In this document: positions 20,802 through 30,562 of the stretch, one piece after another
Position numbering within the stretch: the first letter of the stretch is position 1
How the letters are laid out: every line of letters begins with the position of its first letter
Assembly (NCBI GenBank): GCA_965218435.1
Contig: CBDCKW010000009.1
Span: 192,001-256,000 of the forward strand
DNA from: Truepera sp.
Lineage (GTDB): Bacteria; Deinococcota; Deinococci; Deinococcales; Trueperaceae
Length of the DNA stretch: 64,000 nucleotides
Direction: 5' to 3'
The notes under the pieces: generated by a model
Told to the model about the DNA's origin: nothing
Database searches by the model: none
What the model saw: only the letters and a program-made list of their open reading frames with translations
Program-made: the position numbers and the translations under genes

Positions 20802-21678
20802 GGTACACCTTCATCAAGGAACACCGTAACTTTTGGGCCGTCAGCTTGATGGCCGGGGTGTTGGCCGTGTCGGTCAGCGGCTTCTACGCCTGGTCACGGC
20901 GAGGAAAAAGCCAGCGAGTCAGGAGCGAGTCAGGGAGGACGAAACGTTGAGCGAGAAGATCGTGATGTTCCACTGCGGGAGCCGTTGCACCTACGGCTCG
21001 CCGCGCATCCACAAGGACTTACGGGCTGCCGGACACAAGGTCGGGCGCAAGCGCGTCGCCCGTCTGATGCGCTCAGCAGGCATTAGGGGCAAGACGAAAC
21101 GAAAGTTCAAGACCACCACGACCTCCCAGCACTCGCGCCCTAAAGCAGCAAATCTCGTTGAGCAGAACTTCGACGTGGCAACCCCCAACACCCTCTGGGC
21201 CAGCGACATCACCTACCTACCCACCGCCGAGGGCTGGTTGTATCTGGCGGTGACGCTCGACCTCTTCAGCCGCAAAGTCATTGGCTGGGCCTTCTCCGAC
21301 GGACTCACCGATGACCTCACCCTCTCGGCGTTGACGATGGCGACGCGGCAGCGGCCCGATACGGCGACACTGACGCATCATTCAGATAGGGGCAGCCAAT
21401 ATGCCAGTCGTGCTTTTAGGGCCGAGCTCGCAGCCAACCGCATCACACAAAGTATGTCGGGCAAAGGGAATTGTTATGACAACGCCGTCGTCGAATCGTT
21501 CTTCGCTACTCTGAAAACCGAAGAGGTCGAGGGCGCAAATTACCAGACCCGCCAGCAGGCTAAGACCAGCATCTTCAGCTACCTAGAGGGTTTCTACAAC
21601 GCCAAGCGTAGGCACTCCTCTCTGGGGTTTCTATCTCCTGACAATTTTGAACGGGTACACTTCTCTCAAGCTGCTTAA
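20798..21678 (+). pseudogene. IS3 transposase OrfB (rve domain), frameshifted
   Basis: WASDITY, HSDRGSQY and DNAVVESFF are intact, but an 11-bp tandem duplication AGCGAGTCAGG (20913-20934) separates them from the N-terminus VRYTFIKEHR...SGFYAW. Confidence 0.85.
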
Positions 21679-21862
21679 CTACGACTCCATAAAAGCGGGT
21701 GAAGATCACTCATGGGCATCGCTGATATCGCGTCCGGCGAGCAGCCACTTGCCGAAGATGGTGCTTCTCACACGCTCAAAGCGTAATGACAAAGGCAAAA
21801 GTCAAAGCAGTTTAGAGGACTGATCTGACCGCAGAGCTTATGGCTGTGTTATGGCTACGTTA

Positions 21863-22876
21863 TTATGGTTGCGGCGGTCTGCTACAGCTGCCGCGCCGGA
21901 TCAAGGCTCCGCTCAGGCGGAGGCGCTCAGGCGGCCCACCGGGATTTCTGATCTCTCGCACCACTTGCCGCGCCGCCGCTGCGCCCATCGCCTCGACGGG
22001 TTGCTCGATCACATCAACAGCAGGGTCAACGACTTGCGTCCAGGGATAGTTATCAAAAGTCAAGAGTGAGACGTCGTGCGGAATCCGGAGGCCGAGTTCT
22101 TTCAGCGCCCGGAACGCACCGAGCGCCAAATTGCCGGTTGTCGAAAAGAGAGCTGTCGGCGGCTCAGAGAGCTGCATCAGTTCGTTGGTCAATAGGTAAG
22201 CGTCGTGCGGCGTCGGATAGATGACCCGTTGGTACTCGCTCGGCAGTGAGAGCCCGAGTTCTTTCATAACTTTGGGAAACGCGAGGGTTCGTTCGTCCGG
22301 CAAGATGGTCTTGTGAAACGTCCCGAGTGACGCGATACGCTTGTGCCCAAGCGAAGCTAGGTAGCTGACGCCCGCGCGGACACACCCTTCGTTGTCAAGC
22401 ATCACATGGCTAAAAGGACTCTCCGGTGAGAGATGGTCAACTTCGACGACCGCCGTACCGCGCACCTGCATCCGGCGGAGATATTCAAAGTTGGGCGTCC
22501 CGTAACCCGGACGGAGGATCAGCCCCGCCAGCCGCAGGCCGACAAACGCTCTGAGCTGCTCGAGCTCGTTGGTTGCGTCGTACTCGTTGTCGGCAACAAG
22601 GAGCGTATACCCTTCGTCTCTCAGCGACTTGCCTACCGCCCGAATCAGTCCCGCAAAAAAGGGCTCGACGATGCTGCCGACAATCAGCCCGACTGTGTGG
22701 CTCTGACCCCGCCGGAGCGTCGCCGCAACCTGGTCGGGTTCATAGCCGAGCTCAGTCACCGCACGCTGCACCTTAAGGAGCGTGTGCGGCGCTAACAGCT
22801 CAGGCGAGCGGATCGCACGTTTGGCCGTGGTCGGCGAAACTCCTGCACGCCGCGCAACGTCGGTAATATTGGCCAC
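21863..22876 (-). CDS. LacI family transcriptional regulator
   Basis: ITDVARRAGVS HTH; PTALF and IPHDVSLLTFDN; TATAGT 6 nt before the GTG. Confidence 0.93.
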   Translation of the reverse strand: MANITDVARRAGVSPTTAKRAIRSPELLAPHTLLKVQRAVTELGYEPDQVAATLRRGQSHTVGLIVGSIVEPFFAGLIRAVGKSLRDEGYTLLVADNEYDATNELEQLRAFVGLRLAGLILRPGYGTPNFEYLRRMQVRGTAVVEVDHLSPESPFSHVMLDNEGCVRAGVSYLASLGHKRIASLGTFHKTILPDERTLAFPKVMKELGLSLPSEYQRVIYPTPHDAYLLTNELMQLSEPPTALFSTTGNLALGAFRALKELGLRIPHDVSLLTFDNYPWTQVVDPAVDVIEQPVEAMGAAAARQVVREIRNPGGPPERLRLSGALIRRGSCSRPPQP

Positions 22877-23099
22877 GAGGCCACTATAGCAAAGAGATCA
22901 AGTCCTGTGCCCAACCCCCTACAAAACTTCAGGGCTGACGCAGCTTAATTAGAACTAACTTTAAGAATACGGGTTCGAAAGTCATCATCCTAAGCGGCTC
23001 TCTTACGCTTGCCCTTGACTCTAAGCTTGCCTAAGTAGATTTATGGCGAACTGCCGCAAAACCGCCTCGAGCCGCCGCACGCCGTCCCCTATAGCCTTG

Positions 23100-23420
23100 T
23101 GAAGCTCTCGAGCGAACACATGACCACTCAATTTGGACGAGAACCGAGATTGTGTTTACGACTCGAGCGGGCACCCCTTCACACCAAAAGGTCCTCGTAC
23201 AAAAAGCGTTTAAGCCTGCGCTTGCTCGAGCCGGTCTCCCCAACGAAATACGCCTCTATGATTTGCGGCATACCCACGCGACGCTTTTGGAGGGAATACA
23301 TCCTAAAGTCGTCAGTGAACGTTTAGGTCACGCCTTGGTTGCGATAACCCTAGCTGTGTACAGCCACGTCTTACCCAACCTGTAACAAGAAGCTGCCGAA
23401 CGTCTCGAGGCGCTGCTTTA
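23100..23420 (+). pseudogene. Tyrosine integrase C-terminal remnant
   Basis: RLYDLRHTHAT...HPKVVSERLGH...VYSHVLP; premature TAA at 23383-23385 followed by in-frame QEAAERLEALL; N-terminus absent. Ends approximate. Confidence 0.88.
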
Positions 23421-23538
23421 CGCTCCCGTCTCTGCGGAGGCCACGACGCATACAAAAAATCAGTTGGCACACTATAGGCACACAACCCCAAATTGGGGTC
23501 AAGCTCAAATCGCAGTTTTACCCTTAGGCAAAGAAAAA

Positions 23539-23612
23539 TGCACCAGGAAGGACTCGAACCCTCGGCCTACCGCTTAGAAGGCGGCTGCTCTATCCGGCTG
23601 AGCTACTGGTGC
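23539..23612 (-). tRNA. tRNA-Arg(TCT)
   Basis: GCACCAGTAGCTCAG...CCGC-CTTCTAA-GCGG...GGTTCGAGTCC...CTGGTGCA; CCA not encoded. Confidence 0.95.
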
Positions 23613-23718
23613 AAGAGCGGTATCATCTATCACTGGACGCTACCTTGTGACACTGAAATCCCTCTAACGCCTTGGGATTTCAAAAAGCATCAGCTAAAGT
23701 GTAAGCTGACGCTTTTAA

Positions 23719-23795
<77 letters not shown>

Positions 23796-23911
23796 AAATG
23801 ATAGGTATCACCTATAAAAATGATGCCTATAGGTCAAGTTTAGGGGTATTATCCCTAACTTTGATTATAAGTACCATTCGCCTTACGTTATAGCGGATAC
23901 CTATAAGCTTT

Positions 23912-23988
23912 TGGTCGGGGCGGCTGGATTCGAACCAACGACCCCCTGGTCCCAAACCAGGTGCGCTACCAGACTGCGCCACGCCCCG
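23912..23988 (-). tRNA. tRNA-Pro(TGG)
   Basis: CGGGGCGTGGCGCAG...CTGG-TTTGGGA-CCAG...GGTTCGAATCC...GCCCCGACCA. Confidence 0.96.
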
Positions 23989-24091
23989 AAGCGCCCCCGA
24001 GTATACCGGAAAACGTCGGTGCAAGGCAAGGCTGACTGCTTGTCTAAACGTCACTGAGGTGGCCCCAATTGTCTACGGCTGGCGAAGTTCC

Positions 24092-24123
24092 TTAAGCTTT
24101 TCTTAAGGCTGACCCTTTACACT
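24092..24123 (+). promoter_or_regulatory. Direct-repeat box plus -10 (leaderless promoter)
   Basis: TTAAG-N6-TTAAG-N10-TACACT-N7-ATG. Confidence 0.65.
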
Positions 24124-24130
24124 CACGCCT

Positions 24131-24652
24131 ATGGACAACTTTACGAAAACTTTGTTGGCTCTATTTGCTTTAGCCCTTCCCAGCGCCTTTGCTCAAACTG
24201 TTTATGTAGGTTTAACAGGTGGCACTCCTATATTTAACGAAAACTTCAAGCTGGGTGCACAGTTCGGGGTCAATCTAACCCCCGAATTCGAGGTGCGGGC
24301 CAGCGCAGAAGGAAATTTAAGCAACTTTCAGCCGAGTATGGCAAGCTTAGACGTATTTACTAACTTTTTCTTAAACGTTGACCGGCTGACCGCCGGGGGT
24401 AACGCGATTGTCGGTGCGCCGACGAATAACTCACTTTACTTAGGGGCGGGGATTGACGGCTACTACGGCAAAAAGGCAGACAATATCAGAGACGCCTACC
24501 GTTACGGTGCCCACGCCGTCATCGGAGCAGAGGCGCTGCTTGGACGCTTCGGTGTTTTTGGTGAGCTGCAACCGGGTGCAGTGGTTCGCAGAGACTTTAC
24601 CAACCTCGGCGGATCGTTCCGTGCCAAGCTGGGTGTTAATTTCCACCTCTAA
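24131..24652 (+). CDS. Small outer-membrane beta-barrel-like protein
   Basis: Signal peptide ending AFA; alternating beta-strand pattern (LYLGAGI, GVFGEL, KLGVNFHL). Confidence 0.7.
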   Translation: MDNFTKTLLALFALALPSAFAQTVYVGLTGGTPIFNENFKLGAQFGVNLTPEFEVRASAEGNLSNFQPSMASLDVFTNFFLNVDRLTAGGNAIVGAPTNNSLYLGAGIDGYYGKKADNIRDAYRYGAHAVIGAEALLGRFGVFGELQPGAVVRRDFTNLGGSFRAKLGVNFHL

Positions 24653-24672
24653 ACAGAAAGAATTTTTGAACC

Positions 24673-24700
24673 GAGCTGCTCGAAAGAGCAGCTTCTTTTA
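24673..24700 (+). terminator. Intrinsic terminator
   Basis: GAGCTGCTC-GAAA-GAGCAGCTT followed by CTTTT. Confidence 0.8.
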
Positions 24701-24725
24701 GTGCCTGCAAGAATTATAGACCCAC

Positions 24726-24875
24726 CTAGCCGCAATGGTTGAAGCAGTGTCCAATCTTTTATGGCGAGACCGTAGCAACAGCTGTTGCGATGGTCACGAT
24801 GAGGCTTGCGATATGAGTTACTTTGACTCTTCTCAAAAAAGCTTTAAGCTTAGAAAAGACGAGTTCAACCGGGTT
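24726..24875 (-). pseudogene. IS630-family transposase C-terminal remnant
   Basis: NPVELVFSKLKAFLRR...ATVSP*KIGHCFNHCG* matches the IS630 NPIE..FSKLK and WF.HCGY tail. Confidence 0.7.
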
Positions 24876-24976
24876 GCGAACATGCCGTTTTGTCCAAGAC
24901 GTAGTTAGGTGGGTACGCTGGGAGCTAGGCGAGGTAACAGCCCGCGCCTCCGATAAATTTCCGGACATCTTTACTT

Positions 24977-26005
24977 CTAAGCTGAATCACGCTGCACTAA
25001 ATAACAAGGGACCTTATGTGTAGTGGGCTCTAAAGCCCGTCTTTTGATAGCCTCAATCAGCAGGTCACCTGCCAGCTTGCCCATCTCTCTTAGGGGCAGC
25101 GCGACGGTGGTGAGTGGCGGGCGCTGATGCGCCGCGAAGTAGCGGTTGTCAAAGCCTACTAACGCGATATCTCCTGGGACGCTTAACCCCGCCTCTTTGA
25201 TGGCCCCTAGTGCCCCAACTGCCAGATGATCGCTCGAGCAGAGCAGCGCGTCGGGCGGCTCGGGTAGCGCCAAAAGCTCACGGGTTAGAGCGTACCCGCT
25301 GCTTTCGTTCCATTCGGCGACGCGCACCAGCGCCGGATCAAAAGGAAGCTGCGCGTCTTCTAACGCCTGATGGTACCCTGCCAGCCTCGAGAGCGTCGCT
25401 TCGTAGCGGTAGGGGCCGTTGAGGAGCGCCACGCGGCGGCGTCCCCTTGAGATGAGATGATCTGTCCCTAACATGGCCCCGCCGAAATCGTCGGGAAGCA
25501 CACACGGCGCAGGCAACTCGCGCGTGTACTGATAGAGATATACGACCGGAATAGCTTTGAGAGGTAGCGCAGGGGCCGCGCGGTTTCGCACCTTATAGCC
25601 GCTCATCAAGATAATCCCGTCGACCTGCTTGTTGAGGAGCACCTCGAGGTGTTGCCGCTCGCGCACAACCTCACCGTAGCTGTTACACAAAAAGACGCTA
25701 AAGCCTTGGGCGCTCACCACTTCTTCGACGCCCCGCATCATCGACATGGTAAAGACGCCCTCGAGGTCGTCGGTCACGAGCCCGATCGTCGCGGTACTTT
25801 TGAGTTTGAGGCTGCGCGCGACGCTGTTGGGCCGGTAGCCCAGCTTGCTGATCGCAGCTAGCACCCGTTCCTGGGCGCTCCGGCTGACGTGCGGCGCGCC
25901 GTTCATCACTTTGGAGACGGTCGCCGGAGATACATCGGCGAGCTGCGCCACGTCACGAATCGTAATGCGAGCAGCTTGATTGTCATCAAGTTTTGTGCTC
26001 ATCAA
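24977..26005 (-). CDS. LacI family transcriptional regulator
   Basis: TIRDVAQLADVSPATVSKVMN; VPGDIALVGFDN; PPLTTV. Confidence 0.94.
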   Translation of the reverse strand: MMSTKLDDNQAARITIRDVAQLADVSPATVSKVMNGAPHVSRSAQERVLAAISKLGYRPNSVARSLKLKSTATIGLVTDDLEGVFTMSMMRGVEEVVSAQGFSVFLCNSYGEVVRERQHLEVLLNKQVDGIILMSGYKVRNRAAPALPLKAIPVVYLYQYTRELPAPCVLPDDFGGAMLGTDHLISRGRRRVALLNGPYRYEATLSRLAGYHQALEDAQLPFDPALVRVAEWNESSGYALTRELLALPEPPDALLCSSDHLAVGALGAIKEAGLSVPGDIALVGFDNRYFAAHQRPPLTTVALPLREMGKLAGDLLIEAIKRRALEPTTHKVPCYLVQRDSA

Positions 26006-26079
26006 CCCAACAAACCTTTTTGGCCTGTCACGCGCAACTGACTTTCATAAACTTGTTATAGCATAGTTATAGAGAGTTC

Positions 26080-26196
26080 CCGAAAACGATTTACTGTTAG
26101 CCTATGCTTTATCGCAGCAACCATTACGGTTAGGCGTTTCTGATTGACACTCGTGCAAAAGGATGCTAGCGTAACTCAAACCTAAATCGATTTCGG
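26080..26196. promoter_or_regulatory. Divergent promoter region with two LacI-type operators
   Basis: CCGAAAACGATTTA (26080-26093) and inverted TAAATCGATTTCGG (26183-26196), both with a central CG; TTGACA (26144-26149)-N17-TAGCGT. Confidence 0.65.
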
Positions 26197-26238
26197 AAAA
26201 CATGACGCAGCGTCATGTTTTCCGAGAAAGGCGGGGCT

Positions 26239-28206
26239 GTGACTGCAAAGCTAGCTAAGGGCACGCATACCGAAACGCCCTCGACGCTGAAAGCTCGAGC
26301 CTTTAGCCCGTTGCCGCTCGGCAGCATTACCCCGGCTGGCTGGTTGAGAACGCAGCTCGAGCTGCAACGAGATGGTCTTACCGGTCATTTAGACGAGTTC
26401 TGGCCCGACGTTGCCGAGAGCCGCTGGATCGGTGGCGACGCCGAGGGTTGGGAGCGCGGCCCTTACTGGTTAGACGGCGCAGTTCCCCTCGCCTACTTGC
26501 TGGATGACGAGCACTTAAAAGGTAAAGTCAAAACCTGGGTTGAGCAGATTTTGGCGGGGCAACATGACGACGGCTGGCTCGGCCCGGTGCTCGACGCGAA
26601 GTACGGTTACGAATACGACCCGTGGCCGCTTTTTATCGTGTTCAAAGCTTTGACCCAGTATTTCGAGGCCACCGGTGACGACCGTATTTTGGGTGCGCTG
26701 ACGCGCTGTTTGCGCAGGTTGCAGACGCTCTTAGAAACGCAGTGGCTCCGCTCGTGGGCACGGTTTCGCTGGGCCGACCTAGTGGTTAGCGTGTACTGGC
26801 TTTATGACCACACTGAAGAAGCGTGGCTGTTAAAGCTGGCCGACACACTCAGCGAGCAGGGCTTTCGTTGGCGCGAGCACTTTGATCCCTTTCCCTTCCG
26901 TACCAAGCTGAGCCGGGTCGAGTGTGACTTATCAAGCCACGGTGTCAACGTTGCGATGGGCCTTAAAACCCCCGGCGTCTGGTTTCGACGTTCGGGCGAC
27001 GCTGCCGACCGAGAGGCACCGCTGGCGATGATGGCGACGCTTGACCGCTTTCACGGTCAGGCGAACGGGATGTTTTCTTGTGACGAACACCTCGCCGGCA
27101 CGAGTCCGGTTCAGGGGAGCGAGCTGTGCGCCGTCGTCGAGTACATGTATTCGCTCGAGGTCTTGCTGGCCGACTTGGGCGAGCCTGCCTTCGCCGACCG
27201 GCTCGAGACCCTGGCCTTTAACGCCTTGCCCGCCACGCTCAGCCCCGACGCCTGGTCGCATCAATACGACCAGCAGGTCAATCAGGTGCTCTGCCGCTCG
27301 GCGAAAGACCCACCTTGGCGAGCCGCGGGCGAGGACGCCGACACCTACCCGTGGACGAGCAACGGCCCTGAATCGAACTTGTTCGGGCTCGAGCCCAATT
27401 ACGGCTGCTGCACCGCCAATATGCACCAAGGCTGGCCCAAGTTCGCCACGCACCTCTGGATGCGTGCGCCTGACGGTGGCTTGACTGCTACTGCCTATGC
27501 GCCCAACACGGTACACACGACGGTTGAGGACGTACCCGTTACCATCAATCTCATCACCGACTACCCTTTTGCTAAAACGCTGCAGTTTGAAGTTCACACC
27601 GACGCCCCGGTAGAGTTTCCGCTCCATCTGCGTATTCCCGACTGGGCAGAGGGTGCAACTGTAAGCGTTGACGGGGCTGACGCGCAAAACGCTGAGGCAG
27701 GGAGCTTTTACGCTGTGCAGCGCGAATGGCGGGGCGACAGCACGGTGACGCTGACGTTGCCGCTGCGCTGGCGCAGCGAAGAGCGGTTTAACGGAGGCGT
27801 TTCCCTCTACCGAGGGCCGCTGCTGTTCGCGCTCAAAATAGGCGAGGACTGGCGGCACCTGCGGGGCGACGCGCCGCACGATGACCATGAGGTTTATCCT
27901 ATGAGCGCGTGGAACTACGCGCTCGAGCTGCCCCCTGACCTTGACGCAGCCACCGAACTCGAGACCAACTCAGCCAGTCCTCAGCACTTCTCCCCGGAAG
28001 AAGCTCCCGTTGTCGCCAAGGTCAAAGGAAGACGGCTTCCTGAGCAGGGTCTTATGCAAAACTCTGCTGCACCGGTACAAAGTCCTGTTTACTCGGGTGA
28101 ACCCCTAGAAGAGCTGACGCTTATTCCTTACGGCTTTACCAACTTGCGAATTGCTGAGTTTCCGGTGCTGAGCAGTTCGGAAGGAGGTTCACCAGAAAAC
28201 ATGTGA
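26239..28206 (+). CDS. Beta-L-arabinofuranosidase-like glycosidase (GH127/GH146)
   Basis: WERGPYWLDG, HGVN, SELCAVVE, FNALP and GCCTAN (Cys motifs); GTG at 26239 follows GAAAGG (alternative ATG at 26215). Confidence 0.88.
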   Translation: MTAKLAKGTHTETPSTLKARAFSPLPLGSITPAGWLRTQLELQRDGLTGHLDEFWPDVAESRWIGGDAEGWERGPYWLDGAVPLAYLLDDEHLKGKVKTWVEQILAGQHDDGWLGPVLDAKYGYEYDPWPLFIVFKALTQYFEATGDDRILGALTRCLRRLQTLLETQWLRSWARFRWADLVVSVYWLYDHTEEAWLLKLADTLSEQGFRWREHFDPFPFRTKLSRVECDLSSHGVNVAMGLKTPGVWFRRSGDAADREAPLAMMATLDRFHGQANGMFSCDEHLAGTSPVQGSELCAVVEYMYSLEVLLADLGEPAFADRLETLAFNALPATLSPDAWSHQYDQQVNQVLCRSAKDPPWRAAGEDADTYPWTSNGPESNLFGLEPNYGCCTANMHQGWPKFATHLWMRAPDGGLTATAYAPNTVHTTVEDVPVTINLITDYPFAKTLQFEVHTDAPVEFPLHLRIPDWAEGATVSVDGADAQNAEAGSFYAVQREWRGDSTVTLTLPLRWRSEERFNGGVSLYRGPLLFALKIGEDWRHLRGDAPHDDHEVYPMSAWNYALELPPDLDAATELETNSASPQHFSPEEAPVVAKVKGRRLPEQGLMQNSAAPVQSPVYSGEPLEELTLIPYGFTNLRIAEFPVLSSSEGGSPENM

Positions 28207-28263
28207 AACAAACGCCGGTTTACGCCCTAACTAAACCCCCGTTCCTCGAGGAGGCAGTGCCAG

Positions 28264-29502
28264 ATGAAACTATTTAGATTAACCGTTTACAGCTTTGTCC
28301 TTATCTCAATTTTTGCCTGGGTAGGAGCGCAGCCCGTTACCCTTAGTTTGTGGTCGCGTGACAGTGACCAGGCCCTGGTAACGGCGCTGGTTAAAGACTG
28401 GAACGCAACCCACGACAATCAGATCGAGCCTACGATCATACCCGCGGCTCAGTTTGTAACCAAATTTGCTACAGCCGTAGCGGGTGGGGTAGGTCCTGAC
28501 CTGGTCGCGATCGACCTCGTTTATACACCTGCGTTTATGGAAGCCGGACAACTCACTGACATTACCGAGCAGGCCAAGGCGCTCCCTTTTTTTGGTAAGT
28601 TGAGCCCGTCTCACATCAGGCTCGGAACGTGGAGTGACGGCAACGTCTACGCTCTGCCGTTTAGCGCCGAGGGTTCAGTGCTTGGTTATAACAAAGACCT
28701 CTTTAAGAAAGCGGGCCTTGATCCCGACAAACCACCTACCAATTGGGCCGACCTCGAAGCTGCTGCCAAAAAGATAACTGCTTTAGGCGACGATACTTAC
28801 GGCTACTACCTCTCAGGAGCTTGTGCCGGTTGTAATGTTTTTACCCTGTTGCCGCTTGTCTGGGCAAGTGGCGGCGACATTCTGAGCGCCGACTATTCTC
28901 AGCCTACCTTTACCGACCCCAAAGTTGCAGCGGCGCTCGAGTTCTTCCGCCGGATGTATACAGAAGGGGTCATCCCCGAAGGGGCCAAAGTAGACGACGG
29001 CACGGACTTTCTAAACGCTTTTACCTCCGGCAAAATCGGTATGGTAGGTACAGGCGCTTTTTCCATCGCGACGCTTAAAACCCAGTACCCCGACGTTGAT
29101 CTCGGCATCACTTTTTTGCCCGGTCAAGATGGGGGACGCTCATCGTTTGCCGGGGGCGACAATATCGCCATACCCACGGGCTCCGAGCACGTGAACGAAG
29201 CGTTCGAGTTTATCCAGTGGCTGCTTTCTGATCAAGTCCAGCTCGAGCAGTACGCAAAAAATTCGCAACTGCCGGTACGCACCGACCTGGCCAAGAACAA
29301 ATACTTCGCTGAGGACCCTCGGCTAACGACTGCCGCTGAAGCGATGGCGTTAGGGAAAACGCCTTACAGTGTGGTCTATAATCAACTGCTTAACGATAAC
29401 AACGGTCCGTGGCTACAAATGCTGCAAGATGCAATATTCGGTGGCGATGTAAAAGGGGCAACCGAAACAGCGCAGGGACGCGCTGAACAGATTATGAAGT
29501 AG
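28264..29502 (+). CDS. Sugar ABC transporter solute-binding protein
   Basis: Signal peptide; GPDLVAID and YNKDLFKKAGLDP; GAGGAGG SD. Confidence 0.92.
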   Translation: MKLFRLTVYSFVLISIFAWVGAQPVTLSLWSRDSDQALVTALVKDWNATHDNQIEPTIIPAAQFVTKFATAVAGGVGPDLVAIDLVYTPAFMEAGQLTDITEQAKALPFFGKLSPSHIRLGTWSDGNVYALPFSAEGSVLGYNKDLFKKAGLDPDKPPTNWADLEAAAKKITALGDDTYGYYLSGACAGCNVFTLLPLVWASGGDILSADYSQPTFTDPKVAAALEFFRRMYTEGVIPEGAKVDDGTDFLNAFTSGKIGMVGTGAFSIATLKTQYPDVDLGITFLPGQDGGRSSFAGGDNIAIPTGSEHVNEAFEFIQWLLSDQVQLEQYAKNSQLPVRTDLAKNKYFAEDPRLTTAAEAMALGKTPYSVVYNQLLNDNNGPWLQMLQDAIFGGDVKGATETAQGRAEQIMK

Positions 29503-29513
29503 TTTCAATTCGA

Positions 29514-29541
29514 GTACAGCGTTAGTAGGTCAACGCTGTAC
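29514..29541 (+). terminator. Intercistronic stem-loop
   Basis: GTACAGCGTT...AACGCTGTAC after the SBP stop. Confidence 0.55.
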
Positions 29542-29620
29542 CGGCTATTTTGAACGCTTCTACTCCTCGACTCTTTCGCTGTCATTCGCCCTACTCATCA
29601 CTTCTGAAAAGAGAACTGAA

Positions 29621-30550
29621 TTGGCCACTTCAGACATTGTCGCGGCAGGTAAACCGGCCCGTCGGCAAAAAGGCCGTACCGGCTACTACCGGCGGCTGAC
29701 CGGGCTCTTGTTCGTTTTACCCTGTGTTCTATTTGTTGGCGTATTTTTTGTCGTACCGCTGCTGATGACGGCGTGGATGTCGCTGTACGACTGGCCACTC
29801 CTCGGGAGCAAGAGTTTTATCGGTTTCGAGAATTACCGAACGCTTGTAAGTGACCGTCAATTTTGGTCCAGCCTCTGGTTTACGACAAAGTACACAGCAG
29901 TGATTACGCCGATTATCTTTGTGTTCGCGTTTGCGCTGGCCTTAATTGTCCAGTTACCGCTGAGAGGTATTGCGTTTTTTCGGACGGTGTACTTTTTGCC
30001 GGTGGTGATCGGACTGGGAACCTCGAGCCTGCTCTGGGTCTGGCTTCTGAATGACCGGGTAGGTCTGATTAACCAGTTTCTTAAAGACGTCGGGCTGATC
30101 CAAACCTCGGTACTGTGGCTGGGTGACAAAAACTTGGCGCTGCTGGCTATTATCGTGTCTGTCACCTGGAAGGTCGTCGGACTCACCATGATTTTGCTCT
30201 TGGCAGGGCTTCAGGCGATTCCGCAAAACTTTTACGAAGCGGCCAAAATTGACGGGGCCGGTTACTGGGCGCAACTGCGTTTTATCACCTTACCGCTCTT
30301 GCGCCGGACGTTTGCTTTAGCCCTTGTGCTCTCGGTGATCGGCTCTTACCTGGCCTTCGATCAGTTTTACATCATGACCGGCGGCGGGCCGCAAAACAGC
30401 ACCATCTCGGTAGTCTACTGGATTTTTAACAACTCGTTTTCTTATTTCAAACTAGGCTACGGGTCCGCGTTATCTATGGTGCTACTCGTGATCTTGGTGC
30501 TCTTTAGCGCCTTACAACTCTACCTTTTACGCGATGATACGCAGCTTTAA
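29621..30550 (+). CDS. Sugar ABC permease (MalF type)
   Basis: YEAAKIDGA, GGGP, LGYGSA. Confidence 0.92.
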   Translation: MATSDIVAAGKPARRQKGRTGYYRRLTGLLFVLPCVLFVGVFFVVPLLMTAWMSLYDWPLLGSKSFIGFENYRTLVSDRQFWSSLWFTTKYTAVITPIIFVFAFALALIVQLPLRGIAFFRTVYFLPVVIGLGTSSLLWVWLLNDRVGLINQFLKDVGLIQTSVLWLGDKNLALLAIIVSVTWKVVGLTMILLLAGLQAIPQNFYEAAKIDGAGYWAQLRFITLPLLRRTFALALVLSVIGSYLAFDQFYIMTGGGPQNSTISVVYWIFNNSFSYFKLGYGSALSMVLLVILVLFSALQLYLLRDDTQL

Positions 30551-30562
30551 CGAGGAGCAGGC

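Larger units (their letters stand above)
20443..21708 (+). mobile_element. IS3-family insertion sequence
   Basis: TG...CA ends with imperfect IRs TGATGTTCACCCG/CGGGTGAAGATCA; 3-bp target duplication CTC (20440-20442, 21709-21711); A7G slippery site at ~20762-20769. Confidence 0.93.

Noticed and set aside
20400..21790. IS3 flanks rejoin as AKAKVVAELMGIADIA, faintly like an integrase box II
   Set aside because: Lacks the HxLRH, LGH and catalytic Tyr motifs; too short to call.
23796..23911. ATAGGTATC/GATACCTAT inverted repeat in the tRNA-Pro/Gly spacer
   Set aside because: Short; compatible with ordinary precursor folding.
26932..27888. 318-aa minus-strand ORF
   Set aside because: Shadow of the GH127 gene.
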